Origin: a bacterium
GTDB lineage: Bacteria > UBA8248
Reading direction: 5' to 3'
DNA length: 64,000 nt
Assembly (NCBI GenBank): GCA_965221165.1
Contig: CBDCRP010000003.1
Coordinates: 1,056,001-1,120,000, forward strand
Made by a program: the position numbers and the translations under genes. Below the pieces are notes generated by a model that worked only from the letters and a program-made list of their open reading frames with translations, made no database searches and was not told the DNA's origin. Shown here in pieces: positions 37,638 through 48,247 of the stretch (the first letter of the stretch is position 1; each line of letters begins with the position of its first letter).

Positions 37638-38597
37638 GTGAACCGAATTGTCGTGCCAGATGACTATCCTTCCGTTTTCATGGGCAGCGCCGCCGAGACC
37701 CGACTTAGAGAAATCGGAGACGTAGAAATCCATACTTCAAACCCGCAGACACCCGAAGAATTACTCAGCCGCGTTTCTGGGGTGGATGGAATCATCAATA
37801 TCAGAGCCTTTTGCAAGTTCAACGCGGATTTTTTCTCTAATTGCAGCGCTCTCAAAATACTTTCGATTTGGGGAACAGGCACGGATCATGTCGATTTGAG
37901 CGCGGCAAAAAACGCAAACGTCATCGTCTCGAATACGCCGGGCGTGGCCGCCGTTTCCGTGGCGGAACACACCCTGGCCCTCATGATGGCGGCGGCGCGT
38001 CAAATACCCGGAAATGATTCCGCCATGCGGGCGGGCGAGTGGCCGCGTGGCCAGATGACACAATTGATCGGAAAAACGCTCGGCCTCATCGGACTGGGCG
38101 CCATCGGCCGGCAGACTGCCCGCATCGCCGCCGGCATCGGGATGAAGCTCATCGCCTGGACATTTCATCCAGACGATGATTTCGCCGCCGAGGTAGGGCT
38201 GGAGTTTGTCGATTTGAACACTCTGTATGAACGGGCCAATGTCGTTTCGATACACGTGCGTCAAACAGTGGATACCATGGGGATGATCGATGCCGAGGCG
38301 TTCTCCCGCATGGGCCCAAACACCATTTTGGTGAACACCGCCCGGGGACCTATCGTGGAAGAAAAGGCGCTCATATCGGCTTTGGAAAATGGGACTTTGG
38401 CTGCGGCGGGTCTCGACGTATTTGACCAGGAACCTCTGCCGACTAACCATCCATTGGGAAAATTAAAAAATATAGTTCTCTCCCCGCATAATGCGGGCAT
38501 CACGCCCGAGGTAACGGAGGCAGGACTTTTGATGTCGGTGGAAAACATCGCCGCTGCTCTCTCGGGAATTCCACAAAACGTGGTGTATTCATCATGA
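37638..38597 (+). CDS. D-2-hydroxyacid/phosphoglycerate dehydrogenase family
   Basis: GLIGLGAIG, VNTARG, GLDVFDQEP, SPHNAG. Confidence 0.93.
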   Translation: MNRIVVPDDYPSVFMGSAAETRLREIGDVEIHTSNPQTPEELLSRVSGVDGIINIRAFCKFNADFFSNCSALKILSIWGTGTDHVDLSAAKNANVIVSNTPGVAAVSVAEHTLALMMAAARQIPGNDSAMRAGEWPRGQMTQLIGKTLGLIGLGAIGRQTARIAAGIGMKLIAWTFHPDDDFAAEVGLEFVDLNTLYERANVVSIHVRQTVDTMGMIDAEAFSRMGPNTILVNTARGPIVEEKALISALENGTLAAAGLDVFDQEPLPTNHPLGKLKNIVLSPHNAGITPEVTEAGLLMSVENIAAALSGIPQNVVYSS

Positions 38598-38717
38598 TTT
38601 GCTATAATAAGTTTATGGAGACAAGCGCTTCCCTTTAGTAGGAGTCCTCCGAATCGAATCAACAGATGACACAAATTTTCCTTCAATTTTTTCGCCCGAA
38701 CGAGTAAGGAGAAGAAA

Positions 38718-39398
38718 ATGAATCCTACAGGAAGGGCCTGCGTAGCCGAAGCCATCGGCACCTTTGCACTGTGTTTCATAGGGGCGGGCGCCATCATCTT
38801 GAACCAGAAAACTGGGGGTGCCGTGGGTTTAATCGGCATCGCTCTTGCCCACGGCTTGATCCTGTCGGTCATGATTTCCGCCATGGGGCACGTCTCGGGT
38901 GGTCATTTCAATCCCGCCGTCACAATCGGTTTTATGGTCACGAAAAAAACCGATAGCGGTACAGGTCTTTCCTACATCATCAGCCAACTCATCGGTGGAA
39001 CCGTGGCCGGCATCCTGCTGAGAATCATCTTTGCCGCTGATGTCTGGCAGAAAGTGAACCTGGGAACACCGACTTTGGCAAGCGATGTAAGCTTCGGCAT
39101 GGGGATTCTGATCGAAATCATCCTCACGTTCTTCCTCGTCACCGCTATATGGGGCTCCGCGGTGGATGACAGACATCCCGACGTGGGTGGTTTCGCGATT
39201 GGCCTCACCATCGCCGCAAACATTTTGATGGGAGGTCCACTCACGGGAGCATCCATGAATCCAGCGCGCACATTCGGCCCCGCATTGGCCGGAGGCGGAT
39301 TCGATGGCATCAACCACTTGGTCTATTGGATAGGCCCCATCATCGGCAGTGTGGCGGCAGCGTTGGTCTACAACAACATACTGATCAAAAAAGAATAA
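38718..39398 (+). CDS. MIP family channel (aquaporin)
   Basis: SGGHFNPAVT and GASMNPART. Confidence 0.95.
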   Translation: MNPTGRACVAEAIGTFALCFIGAGAIILNQKTGGAVGLIGIALAHGLILSVMISAMGHVSGGHFNPAVTIGFMVTKKTDSGTGLSYIISQLIGGTVAGILLRIIFAADVWQKVNLGTPTLASDVSFGMGILIEIILTFFLVTAIWGSAVDDRHPDVGGFAIGLTIAANILMGGPLTGASMNPARTFGPALAGGGFDGINHLVYWIGPIIGSVAAALVYNNILIKKE

Positions 39399-39405
39399 GG
39401 CGAAA

Positions 39406-39442
39406 AAATAGCCCCGGCAGTCGATACGTGCCGGGGCTATTT
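39406..39442. terminator. Terminator between convergent genes
   Basis: AAATAGCCCCGGCA...TGCCGGGGCTATTT. Confidence 0.8.
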
Positions 39443-39453
39443 CGTGTGGCTTC

Positions 39454-40425
39454 CTACGCGTTTTCTCTGGCGATATTTGTGGGCGCACCCTTCAGAAACG
39501 CTTCGATGTTCGCCACCGGCACGTCGCGGAACCTCGCATACGTGCCATCGGTAATCCAAGCCGAATGCGGCGTGATGATGACATTATCCAAAGAACGATA
39601 GATTGAATCTTGCGGCAACGGCTCGAAAGGCTCAAAAACGTCGAGACCCGCGCCGGCGATGCGTCTATTACGCAAGGCGTCCAGCAACGCATCCTCATCC
39701 ACAATCTGAGCGCGCGAAGTATTGACGAAATACGCCGTTTCCTTCATCCGGGCGAATTTTTCTCTTGTCATGAAAGGTACGGCGCCCGCCGGCAAATGAA
39801 GATGGAGTGACACAACGTCAGATGCGAAACATTCCTCGACGGAAGCCGCTTCCGCACCCTCGGCTTGCGCGCGCTCGGGCGTCATCGAAGGAGAGCAGGT
39901 GATGACCCTCATCCCGAAGCCCAAGGCCATGCGGCACACCAGGCGAGCGATGTGCCCGAATCCAATGAGACCCAATGTCTTACCGGCAAGCTCGACCCCT
40001 TGCTCCTGGGGCCAACCACCCGCTCTCATGGCGGGGAACATGAGCGGCATTCTTTTCGCCAACGCCAAGATCAACATCATCGTGTGCTCGGCCACCGAGA
40101 AGGCGCTCGCCGCAGGGGTCGTGCTCACTACGATGCCACGTGTATTGGCTCGCTCCATGTCGATCATGCGCGGGCGTGTGCCCATCACGGAAATCATTTT
40201 CAGGTGGGGAATGTGATCCAGCAAATCGGTCGTCTTGAAGTCGGTTTGATATCTGGTCGTCAGGATGATTTCCGCGTCTTTAAGACGCTCCCGGAGTAAT
40301 TCGTCACTTTCGGCATTCACGGTATAGTGACGAACATCTCCCAAGTCGCGCAATCGCCCAAGAGCTTCGGAACTTTCAAATAAACGGAAACAATCGTCTG
40401 GAATAACGATATGCATCAATGGCAA
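39454..40425 (-). CDS. D-2-hydroxyacid dehydrogenase family
   Basis: GLIGFGHIA, VNTSRA, GLDVFE, TPHSAW. Confidence 0.9.
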   Translation of the reverse strand: MPLMHIVIPDDCFRLFESSEALGRLRDLGDVRHYTVNAESDELLRERLKDAEIILTTRYQTDFKTTDLLDHIPHLKMISVMGTRPRMIDMERANTRGIVVSTTPAASAFSVAEHTMMLILALAKRMPLMFPAMRAGGWPQEQGVELAGKTLGLIGFGHIARLVCRMALGFGMRVITCSPSMTPERAQAEGAEAASVEECFASDVVSLHLHLPAGAVPFMTREKFARMKETAYFVNTSRAQIVDEDALLDALRNRRIAGAGLDVFEPFEPLPQDSIYRSLDNVIITPHSAWITDGTYARFRDVPVANIEAFLKGAPTNIARENA

Positions 40426-40426
40426 A

Positions 40427-41506
40427 CTAACTATCGCTGACCAATACGACCGCCGATTTATCGATGGTCAACCGGACCTTGCTGCCCACGCCAAAGAATT
40501 GATGCGGGTCGCCGATGACGCGAAGCGGCTCTTCCAAACCCGGCACTTGCACCAGATAGTCCACCGTGCTGCCGAAATAATAGCCGCGCGTCACCTCGCC
40601 ATCGAGTACGTTTTGAGCATCCGAGCCGCCCACATCGGCATTCTCGGGATGCACCTGAATGCGGTGGGGCCTTATGGATACGAGCTCTCCCATTTTTCCG
40701 CCGTCGGTATTCATCATGAACTTGGCGCCGTCGCCAGCCTCAAAAAGATCCGGGGCGCTCATTTTCCCTCGAATCGAGTTCGTCACGCCAACGAATTCGG
40801 CCACAAATTTCGTCGACGGAATGTCGTATATATCAGACGGCTTGCCCACTTGTTCAATCTTTCCGCTGTTCATGACGCAAATTCTATCGCTGGTGACCAT
40901 GGCCTCGGCTTGGTCATGGGTCACATAAATACTCGTGATATTAAATTCATCGTGCAGGCGTCTGATCTCGAAGCGCATCTCCTCGCGCAGGTTGGCGTCG
41001 AGGTTGGAGAGAGGCTCATCCAGCAACAATACGGCCGGCTCCACCACGAGGGCGCGGGCCAGGGCCACGCGTTGCTGTTGACCACCCGAGAGTTCTCCCG
41101 GATACCGTGCGCCCAGATGATCCATTTGCACGATAGAGAGCAGGCCTTTAACGCGCTTATCCGCCTCGGCGCCCGTAATACCGCGGAATTTCAATCCATA
41201 GCCGACATTCTGGGCCACCGTCTTGTGCGGCCAAATGGCGTAGCTCTGGAAAATCATGCTCATGTTGCGGCGCTCGGGCGGTATGACGCTGCTGGCATTC
41301 GAAACAACCTCTCCATCCATCACGATTTCACCGCCGTTTGGCTCGATGAAACCGGCCACGAGCCGCAGCGTCGTCGTTTTGCCGCAACCCGATGGGCCCA
41401 AAAGAGAAATCAACTCCCCATGCTCGATGTGCAGATCTATCTCATCCACCGCGCGAACATCCGTGCCAAAGATTTTCAAAAGCCCTCTTAAGTCTAAAAC
41501 CGCCAA
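40427..41506 (-). CDS. ABC transporter ATPase (FbpC/PotA class)
   Basis: GPSGCGKTT, LSGGQQQR, LLLDEP, C-terminal TOBE-like region. Confidence 0.95.
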   Translation of the reverse strand: MAVLDLRGLLKIFGTDVRAVDEIDLHIEHGELISLLGPSGCGKTTTLRLVAGFIEPNGGEIVMDGEVVSNASSVIPPERRNMSMIFQSYAIWPHKTVAQNVGYGLKFRGITGAEADKRVKGLLSIVQMDHLGARYPGELSGGQQQRVALARALVVEPAVLLLDEPLSNLDANLREEMRFEIRRLHDEFNITSIYVTHDQAEAMVTSDRICVMNSGKIEQVGKPSDIYDIPSTKFVAEFVGVTNSIRGKMSAPDLFEAGDGAKFMMNTDGGKMGELVSIRPHRIQVHPENADVGGSDAQNVLDGEVTRGYYFGSTVDYLVQVPGLEEPLRVIGDPHQFFGVGSKVRLTIDKSAVVLVSDS

Positions 41507-41523
41507 CGCAAATCTCCCTTTCT

Positions 41524-43269
41524 CTATCCGGCGGAACGCATGAAGTCCCGTCCCGCCAAGCGGAAACCGACCGCTATCGCCACCAAAGTGATAAGCAACA
41601 ACAATATCCCGAGAGCCGATATGGGACCCAACAGCGTTTCTTCATAAAAATCGATGATGACCACCGAGATGACCTTCGTATTCGTCGTCCAAAGCAGAAC
41701 CGAGGCGCTCAATTCCCTGAGCGAGGGCATGAACACCAATATCCACGACGCGATGATACCCGTCTTGAACAAGGGTATCGTCACGTCCTTGAAAACCTGA
41801 AGCCGATTCGCACCCATGATGCGGCAACTCTCCTCGAGTTCAGGATGAATACTCGTGAGGGCCGCGTTCGACGTCTGATACGCCAAAGGCAGGTATTTGG
41901 TGAGATAAGCCAGGAACATGATCCAGAGCGTTCCATACAGCACAAAGGGTTGTTTCGTATAGGCTGAGAACAGGCCAATCGCCAAGACGATGCCGGGAAT
42001 CCCAATGGGCGCGGTCGCCATGAAACCCATGTATTGATGTCCCTTGATGAGCTTGCGCTGTGCGATGAAAGCGGAAATCGCGGCCACGATCGTGGCGCCG
42101 GTCGCCGCCATGATGGCCAGGAGAACCGTATTGTAGATCGATACTCTCACCGCATCATTCGTCAATATGAAATGATAATTCGACAAGGTGAAGTTCGCCC
42201 AATTCAATCCGCCGCCCAGGTTTTTCATGAATGACGTGGTCAACAAAGCCAACGCGGGCAGAACAATCGCGCAAACAAGAGGGAGCAGGGAGAGTAGAAA
42301 CACCGGAATCCGCCAAGCCCCCAGTTTTTGGGGTCGTCTCTGCCCTCCCTTGCCGCCGACCGTGGCGTAGCCCCGGCGGCCCAGGATCGTGCTGCGCGTC
42401 CAAACCATGCAGATCGCCAAAACGAGCATGGGCATCGCGTAGGCTGAGGCCAAGCCGAGCAAATCGTCTTCCGAAACCATGAAAGCGCGAAGCTGGGTCG
42501 TCATCGTGTGCTGACCCGCCGGTATCGCCAATACAGCCGGGATGCCGAAAAGAATCATCGCCTCAAGCGCCGCCAGGATGAAACCCGCGAATAGAGAAGG
42601 CATAACTAGCGGCAAAGTAATGCTGTACATGGTGTGGAACGTGCCGCCGCCCGCTACATTGGCAGCGTCTTCTACGTCTGAGGAAATATTATTCAAGCCT
42701 GATAAAACGACAATGAATACAAGGGGGAACGTGTAGAGCGACATGGCGAATACGACGCCCTTCATCGTGAAAATGTCGAACAGATAAAACTCATCACTCA
42801 AGAAAAATATCCCGCGAATCCATTTATTCAGCCACCCTTCGTTCCTTCCCGCCAGGAATATCCAGGCGATGGCGCCCAAGAAAGGAGGGGTCACGAAAGA
42901 GGCCAAGATGCCGTTTCTGATTAAATTCGGGAAAGGGATATCCGTTCGGCTGACCACCCAGGCCATCACGGCTCCCACCACCAGAGATATGCTGCCCACG
43001 GAGACGGCAAGCATCATCGTGATGTACATCGGCTTGTAGTATTCCGAGGTCTCAAAAGCGTCAATATAGTTCTTGAAGGTAAAGCCGCCGGCCTCATCTT
43101 CAGAAACAAAGAAACTTTCCTTGAAAAGCTGGAAGATGGGATTCGCCACCAGGATGATTAGCAGGATAAACAGCACTACCCAGACGATGACGGAATAGTC
43201 GAATTTTCTGGTGGCTGAGGGTTCGCCTCCCGAGACCATTCCGGGAAGCTGTTGCGCATCTTGCGTCAT
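41524..43269 (-). CDS. ABC permease, fused two-domain FbpB class
   Basis: TPPFLGAIAW; two EAA-like loops (VEDAANVAG, LEESCRIMGA). Confidence 0.93.
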   Translation of the reverse strand: MTQDAQQLPGMVSGGEPSATRKFDYSVIVWVVLFILLIILVANPIFQLFKESFFVSEDEAGGFTFKNYIDAFETSEYYKPMYITMMLAVSVGSISLVVGAVMAWVVSRTDIPFPNLIRNGILASFVTPPFLGAIAWIFLAGRNEGWLNKWIRGIFFLSDEFYLFDIFTMKGVVFAMSLYTFPLVFIVVLSGLNNISSDVEDAANVAGGGTFHTMYSITLPLVMPSLFAGFILAALEAMILFGIPAVLAIPAGQHTMTTQLRAFMVSEDDLLGLASAYAMPMLVLAICMVWTRSTILGRRGYATVGGKGGQRRPQKLGAWRIPVFLLSLLPLVCAIVLPALALLTTSFMKNLGGGLNWANFTLSNYHFILTNDAVRVSIYNTVLLAIMAATGATIVAAISAFIAQRKLIKGHQYMGFMATAPIGIPGIVLAIGLFSAYTKQPFVLYGTLWIMFLAYLTKYLPLAYQTSNAALTSIHPELEESCRIMGANRLQVFKDVTIPLFKTGIIASWILVFMPSLRELSASVLLWTTNTKVISVVIIDFYEETLLGPISALGILLLLITLVAIAVGFRLAGRDFMRSAG

Positions 43270-43397
43270 ATCCGCATCTTTCCTTTTCGAAGTTACACTT
43301 AAGCTGTTTTCGAAAAATTCATTCTGTCAAAATAAAAATGAAACGGGAGCGATTCCTCGATATTTCGCAAGAAACCGCTCCCGCTCATACTTTTGAT

Positions 43398-44411
43398 TTA
43401 CACGCCGAAGAGCTTCTTGAACATCTTGCGCGTCGGCTTGTTTTTCTTCTTCAGTTCCGTCCCGCTAATGGCCATCAGGTTGATGTCCTTGAGCGCCGGT
43501 AACGCTTTGGGGTACTTCACATTCGGATTGCCCACATAGAGGAAGTAGTCCGCCAGAAGCTGCATGGTCTCCAGGCTGAACAGGTAATCGGTGAACACGC
43601 GCGCGGCGTTGGGGCGTGGCGATTTCGTGAAGACGCCGTTCGGCGAAGTCACCAAAGCCAAGCCCGCCGGGGGAACGATGGGTTTGAGCGGCTCGCCTTT
43701 CTGAATCAGCTTGAGCAGCGAATAGGAGGTCGTACCCGCTCCCAGCCAAGCCTCCCCACGCGCTACCAGAGGAATGCCGCCGGCCGCTGATTGCACGATT
43801 TTGGGCTTTTGCTTTGCCATCATTTTATAATAGTCCCAGCCGAATCTGTTCACGATGTTGATCATGCCGTTCGTGACGAACCCGCTGTAGCTCGGGTGCG
43901 ATTGAACGATTTTGCCTTTCCATTTTGGGTCGAGGAAATCCTTGTACGTCTTGGGCGCATCCTTCGCGCTGATTTTCTTGGTGTTGTAGAAAGGCATCAA
44001 CACGCCCGCGCGGAGAATCGTCCAGTAATTGTCCTTGGTCACGAACTTCGGGTTGAAGTTGCCCGTTCCGGCCGGCTTGTAGGGCGTGATGATTTTCTTC
44101 GCTTTGAGGTTCAGGAAATGACCCAGGTTCGAAGTGTGAATCACGTCGGCGATGTAAATTCCACCTTTGCGCTCTTGCAGATAACGACGATAGAGCTTGC
44201 CCGAGCCGTCGCGGTGGAGGACACACTTAATCCCTGTTTTTTTCTTGTTGTAGCGGTTGCAGATATCCTGCGCGATATTTATCGTGAGCGAAGAATACCA
44301 GACAATTTTCCCTTCTTTCTTGGCTGCGCGCATGGTCGCCTCATCCGCGGCGAACACCGGTGCGCTCAACAAAGCCACCGCCATGAGACCAGTGATGATT
44401 CCTTTCAGCAT
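43398..44411 (-). CDS. ABC substrate-binding protein
   Basis: Signal peptide; AKKEGKIVWYSS, FLDPKWKGKI, PRPNAARVF. Confidence 0.92.
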   Translation of the reverse strand: MLKGIITGLMAVALLSAPVFAADEATMRAAKKEGKIVWYSSLTINIAQDICNRYNKKKTGIKCVLHRDGSGKLYRRYLQERKGGIYIADVIHTSNLGHFLNLKAKKIITPYKPAGTGNFNPKFVTKDNYWTILRAGVLMPFYNTKKISAKDAPKTYKDFLDPKWKGKIVQSHPSYSGFVTNGMINIVNRFGWDYYKMMAKQKPKIVQSAAGGIPLVARGEAWLGAGTTSYSLLKLIQKGEPLKPIVPPAGLALVTSPNGVFTKSPRPNAARVFTDYLFSLETMQLLADYFLYVGNPNVKYPKALPALKDINLMAISGTELKKKNKPTRKMFKKLFGV

Positions 44412-44615
44412 TTTCTCTCTCCTCTACCTGTAAAGTAGTCGACACGTCCGTGTGAAGAAGCTATATCTCCAGAGTTAATGGAGTATTCTGAGATTTCCCT
44501 TAAGCCACCATTCATCATGTTTTTCAGAAGTATGGAAATCATACCAAAACTTCCCGCATCGTCAAGCATACGAAATCATGTAATGGAATCTCGCATGCGG
44601 TGCGTACAGGGATAT

Positions 44616-45884
44616 TCATGGCCGTGAAGCCTCTGCTCCGCCCTCTTGCGGCTTTCCCCCGGGAATAAAGCGCCTGGCGACAAAAATGGTGACGATTGCC
44701 CCGAATATCGCCGCAATTCCCGGACCTATGAACGCCCAATCCCAATTGAGCGGAAGTTCACCATTGCTCGAATCGTTACTCATGTCCAAAAATTTCCCCA
44801 CCACCATGGGCGCCAGGGACCCAAGTAGAAATCCCAAACCCGATTGAATTCCCAACGCCGAGCCGAGGTGGCGTCTGGGCGTGAGTTCCGTGGTCAACAC
44901 CACCAGTACGGGAGCGTCCACGTGCATCACGATCACCCAGACCAGGCAAATAACCTGGAGAACCCCAAACGGCAACCCAAAGGCAAACCCGACAAAAACG
45001 GAAATGAGACCACTTAAAAAAAGGCTCCCGATAATCGTGGGCGGCCGGCCAACACGATCGGCAAACCATCCGCCGATGAGCTTCGAGACCGCACTCAGCC
45101 CGATGATCAGCGCGGCAGATGAGGATGCCATGCGGAGGGCGCTTTCGCGCGTTTCCGTTCCTGCCATCACCAAAGAGGCCGCCAGAAAGGTGACTATCCA
45201 GCCTCTGAATGCAAACACCTCCCACCTGTGCGCGCCTACAACACCGATCAGCATCCACACAGGGGCCGGCAGTCTGGGGAATTCAAATCCTGCATCCTCA
45301 TCAACCCTTGGCGAAGGTAGAGACGGAAGCAAAAACACCATGGCCACAAAACCGATAGCCGGTCCCAGAGACGTCAACGCGAACGCAGTGCGCCATTCGA
45401 AATTCGCGACGAGCACGCCCGTCACATAAATCGAAGCGGCGACGCCCACTGTATAAAAAAACGTATACACCCCCACCATGCGAGCACGCCTCCCCTCCGG
45501 GGCGTACTCCGCCACCAGCCTCAGCGCGGACGTATAGGTACCCGCTAGTCCTACGCCTGTGAGGCCCCGAATAAGCGATGCGCTGATAAAGCCATCGGCA
45601 AGGAGAGGAAACATGAAATTCAAGAGGGCCAGCCAAAGGCTTGAAGCCAAGTATATTTTTTTCGCGCTCATGTAGTCCGTTGCGGTCGCCAGCACGGCCG
45701 AGGCGAGAATGTAGCCTACGTAAAACGCCGTATAAATCGTGCCGGCCTGCATGTTCGTGAGGTTCCATTCCGCCTTGAACAACGGAAGCGCCGCCACATA
45801 ATTCGCATAGACGAACATCATCGGCACTTGTGCCGCACAAATCGCCCAAAGCCAATGGGTGGATGGTCCATCGCGCTTCTTCAT
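44616..45884 (-). CDS. MFS transporter
   Basis: About 12 hydrophobic segments; GWFADRVGR. Confidence 0.9.
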   Translation of the reverse strand: MKKRDGPSTHWLWAICAAQVPMMFVYANYVAALPLFKAEWNLTNMQAGTIYTAFYVGYILASAVLATATDYMSAKKIYLASSLWLALLNFMFPLLADGFISASLIRGLTGVGLAGTYTSALRLVAEYAPEGRRARMVGVYTFFYTVGVAASIYVTGVLVANFEWRTAFALTSLGPAIGFVAMVFLLPSLPSPRVDEDAGFEFPRLPAPVWMLIGVVGAHRWEVFAFRGWIVTFLAASLVMAGTETRESALRMASSSAALIIGLSAVSKLIGGWFADRVGRPPTIIGSLFLSGLISVFVGFAFGLPFGVLQVICLVWVIVMHVDAPVLVVLTTELTPRRHLGSALGIQSGLGFLLGSLAPMVVGKFLDMSNDSSNGELPLNWDWAFIGPGIAAIFGAIVTIFVARRFIPGGKPQEGGAEASRP

Positions 45885-46030
45885 AAAACCCCTCTAGTCC
45901 CAAATGGGGAGAGGATAAAGGATTCGATATCCTCTGGCGAGGGAGCAGGTATTTACTGAGCATGACTATCCGAAAGTGAGCATCCTGATATATTCTCCGT
46001 TTTATGGTTCAAAACTCCCGGAGCTTACAA

Positions 46031-46909
46031 ATGTCTACACCCATCATTGATTTCAGAGTCTCATGCCCCATTCCCGAGGGTCTGGATAGATATCTAAAAC
46101 CCACAGGTCGCTTTGCGGATTACGCCAAACACTACGGGGACAGGGTTTATGGCAACAAGGAAGAACATGGCTATATGAAGGCGGAGGAGTTTGTCGCCTT
46201 TTTGGATGAACAAGGGGTGGATAAAGCCCTCATTAAAACTTCTGATATGACGACAATTTCGGGCACGAAATTTCCCGCCGATGTTTTATACGAATACATC
46301 AAGGACTATCCGAACCGTCTCATCGGAACAGCCGGGTGCGACCCTTTTCGCGGTATGGACGCACTGCGTGATTTAGAGCGCGACGTAAAGGAATATGGAC
46401 TCCGGGGCGTAAACATGGGGCCATGGGAGCTTGGGATTTATGCGAACGACAAGAAATTTTATCCCATTTACGCCAAATGCGTGGAGTTGAACATCCCCGT
46501 TTTGCTTCACACGTCTATGAATCTATCGAGCTCAAACCTGCTTGATTTTGGGCGTCCGATCTACCTGGACGAAGTGGCAAGAGATTTTCCCGAGCTTCGT
46601 ATTGTGGCGGTGCATGGAGGCTGGCCGTGGATATCAGAAATGATCGCCGTGAGTTGGCGACACCCTAATCTGTATATCGAAATCAGCGGCACAATGCCCA
46701 AATACATCGGCACACCCGACACCGGCTGGGAACCCCTGATTCGCTACGGAAGCTCGGTGCTCAAAAACAAGATTCTTTGGGCCTCGAACTGGCCGATGAT
46801 CAGTCCCAAGGAAAGCCTGGCTGAATTCGATAAATTTCCGCTTCAAGATGACGTAAAACAACTCTGGTTCGGCGGAAACGCTCTCAAGGTCCTGGGACTG
46901 GAAGGATAA
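46031..46909 (+). CDS. Amidohydrolase family 2 protein
   Basis: FYPIYAKCVEL, PVLLH, FPELRIVAVHGGWPW, ILWASNWP. Confidence 0.9.
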   Translation: MSTPIIDFRVSCPIPEGLDRYLKPTGRFADYAKHYGDRVYGNKEEHGYMKAEEFVAFLDEQGVDKALIKTSDMTTISGTKFPADVLYEYIKDYPNRLIGTAGCDPFRGMDALRDLERDVKEYGLRGVNMGPWELGIYANDKKFYPIYAKCVELNIPVLLHTSMNLSSSNLLDFGRPIYLDEVARDFPELRIVAVHGGWPWISEMIAVSWRHPNLYIEISGTMPKYIGTPDTGWEPLIRYGSSVLKNKILWASNWPMISPKESLAEFDKFPLQDDVKQLWFGGNALKVLGLEG

Positions 46910-46922
46910 GCATCTAAAGACG

Positions 46923-46957
46923 GAAAAAGCGGGAGTTTTCGCCACTCCCGCTTTTTC
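46923..46957. terminator. Bidirectional intrinsic terminator
   Basis: GAAAAAGCGGGAGT-TTTCGCC-ACTCCCGCTTTTTC. Confidence 0.88.
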
Positions 46958-46969
46958 ATTCCGATTATT

Positions 46970-47863
46970 TTACGACGCCACTATTGCTTCTTCGACTAAG
47001 CCGTATTTCCTGGCAAACGCTTCCAATTTTCTCATGTTAGCATCGGATGGCGCGCAGAGCGGCAACCTGTATTCCAGCGCAATGCGCCCCATGATCGCCA
47101 AGGCCGCTTTCGCCGGAATCGGATTCGTTTCGCAAAACATCATGTGGTTGAGCTCCCACATCTTGTAATGCAATTGTTTCGCCTTGGCTGAATCTCCATC
47201 GAGCTGGGCTTGACACATCTGGGCCACGTCCGCAGGGGCTACGTTCGCAGTAACCGAAATCGTGCCTACGCCGCCCATCGCCATCATCGGCAGCGTGACG
47301 AAATCATCCCCTGAAAGCACGATAAAATCATCCGGCACACGGGAAATGATATCGCAGCAATTCGCCAGATTCCCGGTCGCTTCCTTGATGCCCACAATGT
47401 TGGGAATCTCCGAGAGGCGCGCCACCGTGTCGGGGGCTATTTGCACAACCGTGCGACCCGGCACGTTGTAGAGAACGATCGGGATATCCGCTGATTCCGC
47501 GATTGCACGAAAATGCTGATAAAGCCCCTCCTGCGTAGGCTTGTTATAATAAGGCGCTACAAGGAGCGCGCCATCCGCACCGGCCCTCATGGCGAATTGA
47601 GTCCGCTGAACGGCCTCTGCGGTGCTGTTCGAACCCGAGCCGGCGATGACCGGAATCCTCCCACCAACCTGCTCGATAACCAACTCTACAACCCGGTCGT
47701 GTTCTTCATGGCTCAGCGTGGCTGATTCTCCAGTGGTTCCACACGCCACAATCCCATGCGTCCCATTTTCAACATGGAATTCCACCAGAGAGCGGATGCC
47801 CTCTTCGTCGAGTTTTCCGTCGCGGAACGGGGTGACCATCGCGACATAAGAGCCCTTAAACAT
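46970..47863 (-). CDS. dapA: 4-hydroxy-tetrahydrodipicolinate synthase
   Basis: GTTGESATL, PYYNKPTQ, LYNVPGRT, GIKEATG, ETNPIP. Confidence 0.96.
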   Translation of the reverse strand: MFKGSYVAMVTPFRDGKLDEEGIRSLVEFHVENGTHGIVACGTTGESATLSHEEHDRVVELVIEQVGGRIPVIAGSGSNSTAEAVQRTQFAMRAGADGALLVAPYYNKPTQEGLYQHFRAIAESADIPIVLYNVPGRTVVQIAPDTVARLSEIPNIVGIKEATGNLANCCDIISRVPDDFIVLSGDDFVTLPMMAMGGVGTISVTANVAPADVAQMCQAQLDGDSAKAKQLHYKMWELNHMMFCETNPIPAKAALAIMGRIALEYRLPLCAPSDANMRKLEAFARKYGLVEEAIVAS

Positions 47864-48247
47864 GAGGAAACCTCCTTCTCCTTCCGCTCATCGCGGCAAA
47901 ATGAATCTCATCAAACCCCATTTTCATCATGGAGCGCATTTGACGTGCGTACCATAGCGAATTCGAGTATCCCATAGCCCCTTATTAGCACAAATCCTAT
48001 CAGAGCAATTTATAAGACGCAAGAAATGGAATTTAACGCTTCGACATGAATATCATCCTGAATCCTCCCAATAAAAAACAGAAGGATAACCCATCTGAAT
48101 GGGGTTCCTCGGAAACTTCATTATATTTTCACTTTGACAAACAAATGGAAAAAGTTTTTAATGTGATTCGAGTTCGAAAGGCTGAACTGTTAGCCTTAAC
48201 ATTTTCTTAAGAAACTCCGCCTGAATCGCCCGACTCTAAGGAAAACC